A stretch of 64,000 bases of DNA from Vitrella brassicaformis CCMP3155. Lineage: Eukaryota; Protista; Chromerida. Location of the stretch: positions 1 to 64,000 of the forward strand of contig CDMY01000821.1 in the NCBI GenBank assembly GCA_001179505.1, given 5' to 3'. Below are positions 10,204 through 24,600 of the stretch, one piece after another (position 1 is the stretch's first letter; each line of letters begins with the position of its first letter). Under the pieces are notes generated by a model. The model saw only the letters and a list, made by a program, of their open reading frames with translations, made no database searches and was not told where the DNA came from. A program made the translations under genes and the position numbers.

Positions 10204-12074
10204 TCAAGCGGCGGGTGTGAGTGCCGCGGCGTATTTGGTGCCGACGAGTGTGTTGAACCTCTCGACCTCCTCTTCGCTGCCGTACGCACACTGTGTGCGC
10301 ACGTCAGTGGTCGTGATGGGGATCTCCAGCACAGACTTCTCGCCGTCGGACGACATGCCGCCGCCCTTCTCTATCAGGTATCTGCACACACACAGCCAGG
10401 CAGACAGACAGACAGACATCCCTTGCTTCTCTCCCACACACATCGCATCCAAGGTTCCGTGTCTGCGTGGAGGCATACCCACCCCAATGGTGCGACTTCG
10501 TAGAGGAGTCTGAGTTTAGAGGGGCAGCTGGGGGAGGACGGGGTCACGTACACACCCTTGCCCTTGATCAGCAGCTGATTCACGTCCGGCACCATGCCGC
10601 CAGTGTACCTGAAGTGAAGGCCGCCCAAGCCAAGAAGGATACATACATACATACATAGATTGATGCATCGCATCGATATACAAAGGCAGGCAGGCAGGCA
10701 GGGAGGGAAGGACAGTAGTGGGCCCTGGGCTCACCTGAGCTGGTACTTGTTTCCGAGCCAGTAGTTGAACAGCTCATTGTAGCCCGGATTGTCCTGATTC
10801 AGTATGTATGTATGTCATCGATGAGACAAACGAGACAGACGTCCGTCTGCCTGTGTGGTTGTGTTGTGGTGCGTGTGAATGTGTCCTCCCTTCCCACTGT
10901 GTCAGTCAGTCAGTGAGCGTATACCTACGTACCTACCTGTGTGGCCCTGAGGTTGCCCGGTGCGAAGAGTTTGCCGCTGTCGATGGCTGTGAATGTAGCG
11001 GCGTGGACCCAAGAGCCATGCAGTCCCGTGTAGTCGTCCACGAGGAGGAACTCATGTGCGCCCTCCACACCATCAATGGCAATCGACATGGACGTACGCG
11101 GGCCGTATGTGCACAGACCACCGGCTACCATCTCAGAACCCTTGATGCCCGTCAGCTGCACACACACAAAACACGCAACACGCGACTTGTCGTGGGTGGC
11201 AGGCACAATTCGCTTGCCTGCCTCCCTCCGTCCCTCTCTGACCTTGGTGCCCGGCCAGACTCCAAAGATAGTGCCGACGGCGAAGTTAGTGTCGACGATG
11301 GACGATCCATCCAGCGGGTCAAAGGCCACCGAATACACATCATCGGCACGACCACCGACGTCCTTCTCAATCGGCTCCTCCTCTGACACACATAGGGAAG
11401 AGGCAGGGAGGGAGGGACACATGAGTGGCTGACTTGCCTGCTCTGCTTTGCAGAGTGCAGTGTGGGGCTGGCTGGAGTGCAGTGCATCAGGGCTGCCTGC
11501 CTCTCTGCCCGTTTCCTTTGTCACCTGACGAAGCCGTTGCGATATTGTCGCAAGCTTCGAACTGATCAAACAGGATCTTGTTGGCCAGCACGTCGACAGC
11601 CAACTGAATGCAATCGACACACAGGAAGGCACCGAGATATCTGGATGGATGGACGGACTTGACAGAGAACCTCGCCCACTCACTCTTCTGCCCTCTGTCT
11701 GTTTGCCTGCCATACAATTGATGTGTCTGTGCCCCGTTTACCCTACCCACCTGTTCGTCTCCGAACTGGTTGAAGCACGAGATCTTGTTGCAGCTGGCGG
11801 TGCGCACCTTGTAGCCGATCTCCTTACAGGCGGCAAAGAGGGCTGTGAGGGTCGACTGCAGGCTGGGTGAGATGTTCTGGGCCGTCATCCACTGGTCCAG
11901 CGTCTCGCCCTCCATACGAACACCACGCCTCACATGCGCCCTCCGCACAACAGAGGCAGAGGTGCCACCACGGGGCGTCAGAGGGGCCGCTGGGGCGAAG
12001 GCTGTTCGGCCGGTGAGGGCATGGCCACTCCTCACCACCAGCAGCAGAGCCACAGATGACAGCAACGCCCACAT
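10204..12074 (-). CDS. SBP: Sedoheptulose-1,7-bisphosphatase, plastid-targeted precursor
   Basis: [80 protein letters not shown]-terminal signal peptide [19 protein letters not shown] is followed by TAFAP and a Ser/Arg-rich transit peptide. Confidence 0.95.
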
Positions 12075-12228
12075 GATTCGCCTTTGCAGATCTACGAGAT
12101 GAGGACAGACAGACGGCCAATATACACACAATGGGCTGCCGTAAGTCGCGTGGGAAGGCGGAGAGCTGACGGACCCCTGTTCGCGAGCTGGAGCTCGCAA
12201 AAGGAAGAGGCGCGGACAGCTGCAAGCA

Positions 12229-15200
12229 ATGGACGGAACGCAGCCACCGGTGATAGCCACAGGCCGTCGCTTCGGTGAGTTACTTCAAAAACGGAAGCCT
12301 CTCCTTTCACACATCTCATCTTGCGCCTGTGTGTGCGTTGGATTGTGCAGGCTCGTATGAGTAAGGGAGGGGCGGGAGCTGCCACGTGTCCGTGACAGCT
12401 AGGAACCGAACACGCCGCTGCCTGCACACGTGTGTGCGTGTGTGTGTGTGTGACTGTTCTGTCTGTCGGCAGGCTGTTGGATCAGATTGGCTCCGGCGCC
12501 AGCTCGTAAGTCCATCCACTCAGTCAACGCACTGACGGCCTTGTGTGTCACTCACGTGTGTTGTTTGACTGCTCGATATCCGTCAGTTATGTGTTTCGGT
12601 GCAAGGCGTTGAGTAGCGGTGAGATTTATGCGGCCAAGATCATCGACCTTCGTTCGTTGCGTCTTCGGCACGATGTCAAGCGCGAGAGGACCAAGCTGCG
12701 GCGCGAGGTGGCGATCCTGCGTCGGATGCACCACACGTGTGTGGTCAACCTGATAGAGGTCATCGAGACGGAGAATGAGCTGTTTCTGGTGATGGAGCTG
12801 GTGCGCTGCGGAGAGCTGTTCTACCGCATAGTGGAGCGCAAGGCGCTCACAGAGGACGAGGCCAAGTACGTCTTCCGGCAGGTGCTCGAGGCCGTCAAGT
12901 ACATGCACTCACAGGGAGTCATTCACAGGGACCTCAAACCGGTACGTACGTACGTACATACCTAATGGCTTGGAGGGAGGGTGGGTGTGGTGTGGTGTGG
13001 TGTGTGGATGGGATGGGATGGCATGCACTTGGCTTGGCCTGTCTGTGTAGGAGAACATCTTGATAGCGGAGATCTTGGATGGGAGCTACTACCGCATCAA
13101 GGTGGCTGACTTTGGTCTGGCCAAGCTGGTGCAGAGCGGCTACAGTGCGGCCAAGACCTTCGTCGGCACGCCGCAGTACTGGGCGCCGGAGGTCATCGAG
13201 GCCGCCAACACGGGATCCGCCTATGGGCCCGCTGCTGACCTATGGTACGTACTCGTGGACGGACGGACGGACGGACGGAGTGACGAGACGCGCGTCTATG
13301 TATTGATGTGTGTGTTGTGTGCATTGAATGCATTGCAATGTGTGTAGGTCGCTGGGTGTGTTGTTGTACGTGATGCTTGGCGGCACATATCCCTTTGACA
13401 CGCGTCGAGGGCCGGTGGAGAAGCAGATTCGAGAGGGCGACTACCACTTCAGATACGCAGCATTCCAAAAAGTCTCCAGGATGGCACTCGACCTCATCAG
13501 GTCACCAACCAACACAACACAACACAAGACGACACAATGCACCCAACAAAGGAAGACGAGCCACACACACATCAATCAATCGTTGAATGGCTATCTGTTT
13601 CTGTGTGAATTGCTGTCTGTCTTGTTGTGTCAGAGGCCTCATGACGGTCAATGTGTCGCGTCGTGTGACGCTCGAGCAGGCCTTCAGCCACCCATGGATG
13701 CAGCAACCTTTCTCACAAAACGTCCCACGTAACACGGCAACAAACAACAAACAAAGGGACAAAAGGCACTCAAACACCCAGCCAGCAATGCGTGTGTGTG
13801 TGTGTGTGTGTTGTGTGCCCGGCCATGCAATCGCAATCAATGTGCCCAGCGCTTCCCGCGATGCATCCGCTTGCGAGTCAGGAGATGCATCCGGCGCCCA
13901 TGCAGCCCTACTCGTCGATTCTGGCGGGCACCTCCATGGACGCCGAGGGGGACCACGCAGACCACACCACAGGGGGCGCCCCACCACATGGCATAGATGG
14001 TGCTGCCATGAGGCCGGCAGACCAGTGTGAGGGGCAGGGTAATGGCCACCACGGGCAGCACTACCAGCCAGACGGCGAAACCGCTGACATGGGTATGCAG
14101 CCAGCCAGCCAGCACCACAGCACAGCATAGCACACGTACCGTACATGCCATGCCATGCACAGAGAGGAAAGAGAGGGACACATGAAAAAATGAGTGAATT
14201 TAATGTGGACATACGGTATGTATGTATGCAGCTGACGTGTCGTCCGGCGGGGCCGCTGGCACCTCTGGTGCCCCTCCCCCCCAGCAGCCCCCGCCTGCGG
14301 CACCTGCGGCCGCCGCGGCCGACTCACAGGCATCATCGCGCCACGCCAAGACCGACAAGACGACGGCTTTCACACTTACAGAGGGGGCTGCTGCGGCCGA
14401 AGCTGTAAGCCGCACAACAACGGCACACAGATCAAGACCCACGCTCACTCACTCATTCACTGTTCCCTGGTCCCTCCCTGGATGTGTGTGTGTGCAGATT
14501 TTTAGTCTTCGCGAGCTGTTTGAGCTGCAGGTGTCGATAGCGTCGCGCTTTGAGATGGCCTGGCTGGCGTTCAGAAACGACAGCAGAATCGCAAGGTAAC
14601 GTACGCAGGCAGGCAGGCCAGTCCTGAGAGGAAGGGCAGACCAAGCGCATCAAGGTTGGCGTCGGTCTGTGCATCTGTCGGCTGTGTGTGTGGTGTAGGA
14701 AAATCCGGACGTGTGCACTTGAGTGTCGAGAGCGGCACTTCCGGTCGACACGGGTCATCAAAGGCGTAAGCACACCAACACCTCACCACACACACAGGTG
14801 GATGGATGGATGGATACATGGCTGTTTGCTCTGTGTGTGTGTGTGTGTGTGTGTGTAGTTTTCGGGTACGTGTGAGTCAGTGCTGGAGGTGCTGCCTGAC
14901 TTGCAGCTGGCGGTCGAGGAGAACGCACCCAAACTGGGAATGGACCTCATGGACGTACGTACGCAACGCAGATGCGTACGTATGGTCATCAATGAGGATG
15001 TGTGTGTGTGTGTGTATGTTCTCCTGCCCTGTTCTTCGGCTGCGGGTGTGTGTGCAGTTGGTCCGCGGCTGGGTTCTCAAGATGAAGGATGAGTCGATGC
15101 AGATACAGACCGACTACACCGCAATGATACGGTCAGTCAGTCAGGCACTCACCCATACCACAACACAGCAAGAGAGGCCATCGACACGGGTGAACGGGAG

Positions 15201-17816
15201 GGACACACCTGCCTGCCTGCCTCAATGTGTGTGTGTGTGTGTGTGTAGTGACATCAACGATTTGATAGAGAGTGCGAGGGAGGCCAAGCGGGCCCGCGAC
15301 CGTCAGTTTCAGCAGAACTACGAGGACTTCCAACTGCAGATAATGCGCCAGCAGCACATGCGGCCGCCGCAGCATGCCATCGGCAGCGACCGTGTCAGGC
15401 TGCAGCTCACCAAGCCGCCCAGCGACGAGGACGTCCACACATCGGCAGCAAACCAGCACAAGGCGGGGGAGAAGGCACCCCAGGGTGGCCCTGCTGCTGC
15501 TGGTGGTGGTGGTGCTGGTGGCGACGACGATGGCGACATGGATGCGCCGATAATTGAGGACGTGACGAGCCCTGTGCTGCAGCCACAAGTGTCGCTGCCC
15601 GAGTCAGACGAGAGCAAGGGGCCCGGAGCACACACCGCACCTACTCCACAGGTACGTACGCACGTAAGTAGGTCGCTTAGCAAGGCGTAGACGCCTCTCT
15701 GGGCTGTCTTTCGTCACCCATTTCCCCTCTGTATGGTGCACAGCAGCATAGCCCTGACGAGGCGGGTCGCGTCCATCGTGGTGCGGCAGGCCACCCGCCC
15801 TTTGCTGCCGTGGCGAGTCTCAACTTCGACGCGGTGCGGAATCGTCTGCTGGACCAGCTGTCGACGGCCATGAGGGATGACGACAAGGAGGGTCGCCCCG
15901 AGGCCACAGCCAAGCGGGAGTGGACCCGCCAGGGGCCTGCAGGGGCGCTCCATGACCGGGAGCAGATCACCGATGAGTTGATGGAGCTGCTCTTCATGAC
16001 CCCTGGCATCTTCAAAATCAACCCCATCACCAAGAAGTGGAATATGGGGCCGCAGGCACTCACGGCTGGCGAAGCGCCCGCTGCACAGGCGGGGAGTGCC
16101 GCAGCTGCTGCTGGGAGTGCAGCAGCTGCTGCTGGGACCGATGGAAACGGGGCAGATCGCAATCAGGTGGGCAAACGTGCGTGGGGTGGGGGACAGGACA
16201 GGAAGAAAGCGAGCAACAAAGGGAGGGAGGGAGGGAGGGAGGGAGGAGAGGCCATCCATCCATCCATCCATTCACTTGCGCGCCAATGAATGGGGACCGG
16301 GTCAGTATGGGTGACTGATTGATATATGGTGTTTGCAACTTGCTGTGGTGTGTGTGTCCGTGTGTGTGACGTGCCAGGTTCTGAAGCCGAGTGATCGTAT
16401 CGATTCGCTGAGTTCTGGCAAGTCCACCGAGGAGGAAGGCAAGAGTCAGCGCAAGGGAACCCCAAAGCAGACAGACCAAGACACATCTGCCGTGGAGGCT
16501 GACGGGGCCGCCAGCAGCAGAGACAACATTGAGGAAATACCCTACTCGGGCAAACGAGGTCCGTAGTGCACACGTGCGGACGGCAGTGCAGTGCACTCGC
16601 TGAAGCTGTCTGTCTGCGTCCCTCCCTCCTACGTATTTCTCTGTCGGTGCGTGCAGGTGTGCGGGGCGACGGTGGTGCGGCCCCGCTGTCTCACACACTC
16701 GCACTCTCTGCCGTCACTGGTGCGTTGCCTTATGAGCAGATAGATAGATGTCACTTAATGCAATGCACGCCACTCCCGACCGACCGATTTCAAGAGGCAC
16801 ACAGACCGACATCCTCATTCTTCTTGTTATATCGTTCGTCAGTTTTGGACAACCAGGCGACCCACCAGTCGGCTCTTCTCATCAAAGGTAAGACAAACAA
16901 CCCTCCCTCCCTCCCAGGCAGAAGTGTCACCGACAGAACTCGCTGTCTTTCCTTCCGTCTGTCTGTCTGTCTGTGTGCCTACAGCTCTCAACGAATTGCG
17001 GAAGATCGATCAGATCCTCAGCAGATGCGCGGTGAGCGGATGAGGGAGCCTGCATGACTGACAGCACGGTGTGTGCAGCATCTGCATGCACACGATTCCG
17101 TCACTTTTCTTTTGTGTCCATCGATATTGTTTGCAGGGCTTCTGGGCGAGGTAAGAGAGGACAAAGGATGGCTTATACCTCCCTCTGTGGTGCAAATGAC
17201 TGATACATACACGGGTGCATGCCATGCAGCATGGACTCCACCATTGAGCGTCTCTCGCAGATGAAGGTCAGTCAGTAAGCAAGCAAGGGAGGTCGGAGGG
17301 AGGGAGGGTGGGTAGATAGAAGCACACCAACCACCCATCCATCCATTGCTGTGCGTCGGTTAGGATCGCACCGAGCGTCTGATTTCTTACGGTGCAACGC
17401 ATCCCAGGTACCCAGCAGGCAGGCAGGCAGGCAGCTAGCAGAGATACACAGATCTATTCATCGACCAACTCATGAATGTTTGTCTCGTCTTGTCTGTGTC
17501 TGTGTCTGTGTCTGTGTGGCCATGTACTCATTCCTGCAGGTTTCGCCAGCGGTTTGAGCAGCGTCTGGAGGAGTATCGTCACTTCTGGGAGCAGCTGAGG
17601 GCTCTCTGCCAGGAGTACCTCAAGGATGCCGCCAAGAGAACTGAGAAAATATACGGTCAGTCAGTCAGTCAGAAGGGCTTACAGACAGGCGTGCCACACA
17701 CACACACACACGGATCAAATTGTCCGGCTTTCTATCTGTGTGTCTGTCTGCTTGGCTCAGAGTTCTTGATAACCGTCGGCGAGACGGCTGATTGTGTCGA
17801 CAGTATGATGGTATAG
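12229..17816 (+). CDS. CAMK-group Ser/Thr protein kinase with long uncharacterised C-terminal extension (3' end uncertain)
   Basis: Spliced N-terminus MDGTQPPVIATGRRFG|SYE|LLDQIGSGASS|YVFRCK. All catalytic motifs present: AAK, HRDLKP|EN, DFG, GTPQYWAPE, DLW|SLGV, HPW. Further in-frame exons continue to 16557 and probably to 17816. Confidence 0.85.
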
Positions 17817-18659
17817 ACACACGCACCCTCATGCCGACACCTCGTCACCTGCCGCACGTGTGGCTGCTGTCCGTCCGTCCGTCCCCCCTCTGATCCACCA
17901 TCAGGCGATGCTCCCGTCTGCTGCGGTCCCCCCCTGACTGGTCGACTGGTTGATGGCGGTGGGTGAGTGGGCGCGTGAGTGGGGTGTCTGCCCACCGTGT
18001 GCCGCCCACCATTCGTACCGGATGAAGCAGAAGACCCGAATTCGTAGCAGCCATGCAGCCAGCCAGTCAGCCAGTGACGCGACGTGACGCGGTTGAATGA
18101 ATACACAGCCTGGTGGATAGATAGATCGACAGCCCAGCCCAGCCTGTGCAGCGCTGACTTTCGCCTGCACGGTTTGCACCAGTGCGCTACCGATCGCATC
18201 TTGTTGGTCGCCACGACATTCGTACAGATACACACAACGTACATTCATGGCCGGATGAGAGAATGCCGTGACTCGGGTGTCCAAATGCACACACACGAGA
18301 CATTCATATCAATATTTCTGTGTCCATACATCCGTCTCGAGCCACCACACATGATGGCGGGTGCGATGCGCTGCTGAGTGAGGTGAGGTGAGGCTGTCAC
18401 TTGTTGGCATGGCATTCATTGGCCAAGTGAGACGGCAACCAACTCGTGTCCGTGTTGTGTGTACCATTCCGGTTCGTGATCCAATCAGTCATAATTCTGC
18501 ACACAACAAACAGGTCCCACCGAAATCCCCACTACCAAATAAACAACAAAGCTATAGAATACCCTGCCAGTACACTCCCGCTCAACAGAGACTGCCACCC
18601 GACTGTCATCAAACCCCTTCTGAACACCCAGCTGGTGGTCCGGTCAGTAGGTACGTCAG

Positions 18660-21600
18660 CTAGCTGCACCAGTCGGCCCCCTTGAGTATGAGGGCGACAG
18701 GTGCCTGTGCCACATCCATAGTGGGCACCCATGGCCCAACCACAGCTGTCACCAGCGCCAGGAACACCATAAACCCATACAGCGTAAAGGGAAACAGAAA
18801 TACAAACGGCAGCTCCTGACACACAAACCGACAACGACACACGGGTAATCAATCACTGTTGATGGTCCCTCCCTCGCTTGTCTGTTTGGTTCTTTCCCTC
18901 TTTCTTCACCGACCGAGAAGAGGTTGAACTGTACAGTGAGTGTGATGGCGACAACGCCGCCGAGTACGGTGCCGAGGAGGATGGACGACAGTGTCAGAGA
19001 CAGCGACTCGTACACACCCACACGCACCACCTGCAGTGCACCCGTCGCACCATCGCATCGCATCGCATCGTACCCATCGATGGACATAACACAGCACAGG
19101 TCGACGTGTGCATTTGCCTCCTCTCTGTGAGTGCTTCCTGGCCTGCACTTGGTTGTGAGTGAGTGATATACATACCTCACTCACCTGCCATTTTGAGAGC
19201 CCACACGCCCTGAGGACCTGCATGAATTGACCGCAGGCAGAAAGAACCACAGTCCACATTTTGTTCGCCGTGCCCTCACATCTTTTGGTGCATGTCACGT
19301 ACCCCGATCTCCCACATATTCTGGTGCATGGGACGATTGATTAATGAACGAACCGAGGTGCGGTGCATGAACACACAGACAGACAGACAGACAGACGAAC
19401 GGCCGCGTGCAGAATGAATGCGTCAGTAACCTTCGTCGATCGATTCGGTCAGCTTGCAATGCGTACCTCTCGGACATTGGCGCTCGAGGACGTCCACAAC
19501 AGGAAGAAGGCCAAAACGAAGGCGATGATCGCACACACGGCAAAGAACACCTGCCGAAAACAGCCACACACATTTGTCTGTCTGTCTTACACGTTGGTTG
19601 CTATGCCGCGTGCCGTGCGCACCTCACCTGCAGCAGATCGGCCGCCGTCTGTGTGGTCTCTGTCAGCGTCCTCACATCGATGATGGCGTGCGTGTCGTCC
19701 ATTATCGACCTGCAGTGCAGGCAGGAGGCAGCCGCAACGCCAGCCATGTGTATGCGATGCAATGGAAAGAAAACCACACGTCAGTCAGTCAGTTAATCGA
19801 TTTCATTTCGCCCGACCGACCGTATGGTGTTTGTGATGAAGTCCCTCTCGTCGATGGTTGCATTTGGCACCAACCTCACGTATAAGGACGCCTTACCTGA
19901 ATGCACGGCATGCAATCGAATCATACCATACCATACACGCAGGCAGACACACAATTGCATTGCACCATGCAATGCACTCAGACCTCTGCTACCTCCTCAT
20001 CCCATGAGCATTCGTTGTCGTCCGTCCCTGTCTGCTTCCCTCCCTCCCTCCCTCCCTCCCTCCCACCTCTCCCACTTACCGAGCCCTCTTTGTGTGGCGG
20101 CCCGCACGTTTGCCACCGGGCTGCCGATGTTGGCCCCCTCCTGCTGCCCGCCGGGCCCCCCATCTGGCTCGGTATCGTCGCTGTCACCACCAATGCTCAC
20201 CGGTACGTCGGGCGACGGGGGAGGGGGACCTGCCGTGGGACGAGGCGCCTCCGTGTCTGTGCTGTTCTGGCTCCCAGCCAGCGACGACCCCTCGCTCACA
20301 GAGAAACCCGCATAGGCTGCATTTATCGCAGAAGACAAGGGCGGGCAGTCAGTTGGACACTCGTCTGGCTGTGAGCTGCCGTGCCGTGCCGTGCCGTGCC
20401 AAATGTTGGCCTGCCTCATTTACCGCGTGAGGGGTCGGAGTCGCTCATGGATGCGATGGCGGGATCAGAATTACGCACCAGGCCAGACACACGCTGAGTA
20501 TCGTCCCACAGGGACACTGAAGGGGAGGGAGGAAATGATACGGATGCAAGCAAGAGGGCGGGTTGCATGTCATTTGTCTATCATGCGTGTAGGGTAGGGT
20601 ACGCATGGCGTCTTCTGTGGTGTATGCGTCAGGGTATCCCTGTATGAAGGAGAAGCTCGAGAACATGGTCCCAGGGATCTTCCGGACCATCGCACGAACG
20701 ACAGTGCTGTAATACAGCGACTCTCCATTCGTGCCTGCACACAGACAGACAGGCAGGATAGAGTTATGATCTGTCCATTCCTGTCTGTCTGTCCGTCCCT
20801 TGCTCGCAGGTAGCAATCTCATTTAGACTTACCGTCGAGTTTGACCCTGAGAGTGAGCTGCTTGCCTGCCTTCACCGACCATGGGTCGCGCAGGCCCTCA
20901 GGCAACAGCAGCTTCAATGGCTGCAGACTGCTGCTCGACAGATCAGCCTGAATGTAACGGATACATACATACATACGCCGGTAGGTAGGTACAGTTTGCG
21001 TCAGGGCGGTCTTTGTCTGTCTTCCGTACGTACCTTCCTCGTCTTGTTGGTTGTTTCCTGGATGACTTCATCCGACGCATTCCGACCGGCCGTCGTGAAG
21101 CCGGACAAGATGCCCCTACAAAACACACGGATGCGATGGATGCATACTCCCTCAGTCACTCACACCTCGCTGTGCAGTGAGTGCACTGCAGGAATGTGTC
21201 CTGTCTCCCTGCTTACTTTGCGTCCCTCATTCTGGCTGTTCTGTTATCGGGCAGCTGTTCGGTGGGCCCCACAGGGGGATCAACAGAGTAGGTGGCGAAC
21301 AGAGAGGGAACCAGATCATCCGTCGCCAGATCCAAGCCTGTGTATATTTACACAGACAGACAGACAGTCAGACGACAGACAGAAAAACATTGACCCAGCT
21401 GATTGGTGACATCCGTCTGCGCATTCCGTCCGTACCCTTTTGGAATTGTGAGGGTCGAAAGTACTCTTGGAAGATGACGTCAAAGAAATTGCTCTGAATC
21501 CCGCGAAGATTGACGGGCCTGACGACAATCACGCACAAAAGACGTCACACACTCCCTCCCTCCTGCCGTTCCCTCCCTCGATAAGGCTTCCAGCCTTCTC

Positions 21601-24600
21601 TTGTGGCCTGGCCCACCCACCCACGCACCCTGAGGGAAACAAGGCATCGTTGGAGAGCTGGACATCGAAGACAAGGGGTGTAAGCTGCAGGTTGAAGGTG
21701 ATGAATGAGAACCCCTCCACGACGCGATACACCGGGCCGCTTTCCCTCGCAGTGTCGCTCGCGTTGGCCACATTGGCAAAGTCCACTTGCGCCCTCTCAT
21801 CGGCGCTGCCCTCGAACTTGGGTTTGCCCATCTCGCCCTGCAGGAAGGATGACAGCTTCTCCTCATACAGCGGACGCTCCCAGAGGGAGGCGCGCACCAC
21901 CACGTCGGCACCGGTCGCCTGCTTCACGTTCGCAGCCAGGTTGTTGCCTGATTGGTAGGTTTATGAGATACAGACATTCATGGATAGATAGAAAAGGAAT
22001 CAATGAATGGAATGGATGTGCTGCCAGTCCTGTGAGTGCAGTGCAGTGCGATGCGATGCGATGCAATGCGTGTATAATCACTCATTACCTACCCTGGAGT
22101 GCGAATATGGCGCCGGCAAAGACGAGGAAGGTAAGGGCGACAGTGAACATGAGTCCCGTCTTGGCATTCCTCTTGCCATGGCCCTGTAAGTTCTTGACCA
22201 CCAGGACATAAAGAGACGCGTCCGCTCGGAACGGGACCACGATGAGCCAGCAGAAGGCCTGCTGCAGCAGCGGCTGGAACACCTGGGCCACCATCACTAG
22301 ACCCAGCATCATCCCCATCAGAATGATGTTCAGGCTGCAAACAACACACACACAATGTACCCACCCACACACCCCAGCCAGCCAGCCCATCGATGGATGA
22401 CACGTCACGTCAACATCGATCGCTGACATGGAGAAAAAGAAGACGAAAGAGCGCATGACGAACGAGAGAGGGATCAGGTAGTATGTGATGAAACCCGCTG
22501 CAGTTGACACACACAGAGCACAGCAAGCAACGAGAGAAATGAGTGACACTCCGCTGATCGACTTGGTGCGAGATAGCGCTGCCTCGTCTCATCTGTCTGT
22601 TTACCTATGACGAGAATGGACGAGGCCAGCAGTTGCAGCGGCGACAAGCCCAGCCGGTGAAGCTTGATGATCGTCACCTCTATCTCACTCACAACCGCCT
22701 GCAGCCAATCAGTCAACCAACACGACACGACACGCACTCGCCGATCGTGTGCGTACACACACAGAAAACAGCAAGGAGCCTAGCTAGCTGCATCCCTCCT
22801 CTCACGTGGTAAATGTCGAGGGCGTCTCTGAGGGTCTTTGACAGCGCCCTCCGTATGGGCACTATGTTGGCTATCACCGGCATGATGAGTCCAAGGGAGG
22901 AGCCCAGTAGGATGGCAGACAGGTGCAGCTCGTACGAGAAGACCGCATAGCTGAAGTCGGCTATGAAGTACGTCACGATCAATCCGCCGAGCCAGGCGAC
23001 CAGCAAGCCCATCGACAGCCCAGGGATTGCGAACAGCATCGCTTGAAACAAAAGCATCGATATCAGCGTCTGCTTCCGCATACCTAATTGATCCATGCCA
23101 TGCACTCATGCCATGCCATGCCGTCGACGGTGTGGTGTATGTGTGTGGTTGTGTTGTGTTGTGTTGTGTTGTACCCACCGAGTGCTCGCAGCATTCCGAA
23201 TTCATAGGTCTTGTCCTCCACGTCGTTGAGCATCAGACTGTACACCAGCACTATGGACAGCAGCACCAGCACGAACACCACGGCCGCAAACAAATTGTCG
23301 AGAAACAATCGGACAAACTGAGAAGCAACCAACAGCTGAAGAAGAGCCCGGACACAAAACGAACAGCACATTAGTGCATAGCGTGAACATGAGATCAGCC
23401 ATACCGACTGGAGCGGCGCCGTCACGCTGATGGGGTAGTCGATGCCAATTGACCTGCCAACCAGACAAGGGCAACCAACTCTCACTCTCTTCTTCGCATT
23501 TCATGCTCACTCAGCCACTCTGTCAGTCGCCACTGTGATGTCAAAAGCCTGCTGTCGGGGCTCCTGCACACACACATTGCGGGCGGCGGGGTTTGAGCAG
23601 AATGAGGAGGGGGCCCCGGGCCCTGCTCGTGTCATGGTCAACAGACTGACCTGCATGTAGAGAGGGATGCGATCCTCCAACAGGACGTTGCCGGTTAGCG
23701 CGTAGCGATCTAGATCAACTACAGGGACACACAGCACAACAGACAGACGAGGACCATACCATACATACGACGTACGGTACGTGGACCGAGAACTCATTCG
23801 TGCACCGATAGATAGGTGCGTCCGTCCGTCCCGTCCTGACCTTTCAAGGCCTCTGTAAGGAATGGCGTGGGATCGAAGGTGATCTCGAGAGGGTTGTTGA
23901 GTATGCTGGCCTGGATGTCCTCGAAGGCCTGCTTGAAGGATGTGATAATCTCCGCCAAAACATACTTGGCGTCAATCATCAGGGTGTTGCCCAAAGCACT
24001 CGGCCACTTGCCCTCGGGCGCATCAGTACCCACAACTGAAGAACCGACCCACCTACACTCATCTGTGCTCTCCTGTCTATCCTTCGCACACACTCACTCA
24101 CTCGGCACAAAATCGGCTTCGATGGTCAGCGCCTGCCTGAGGAGCGGCAGTGTCGCGTTGAGTATAGCATCAACAGGCACTGGGACTTTGCCCACTGACT
24201 CGGCCGTCCCAATCAGCACTTCCGTCACGTTGACATTGACTACGGTGCCATTGCCGATGGTAAGGGGCACTGTGCCGTTGATCGGCAGCCCCTGCTGCCT
24301 GAGTCCCTGCAGGATCGTCAGCGTGGCGTTGGGGACATCGATGACGACAGAGTCCGTCATGTTGACACCAAGAGCCCTCAGGATGGCCTCTGCGTCGTTG
24401 GTCGTCAGGTCGTTGGCGGTTGTTTCATTGGTGGGGTCCGACATAGGAGAGGAGATGCCTGAAGAGCTCAGGGCCGACGATGCGCGAATGAGGTCCAGCT
24501 CGATGCGCAACCTCTCGCCCCTGTCAGGCTGGAGACCCATTGCGCGCAGAACGGAACCTAGTCGGGTGGAACAGCGACGCATACATACAGTGGATGTGGC

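Noticed and set aside
10204-12074. Fructose-1,6-bisphosphatase
   Set aside because: [20 protein letters not shown] and FLLVDD are SBPase-type signatures within the shared fold.
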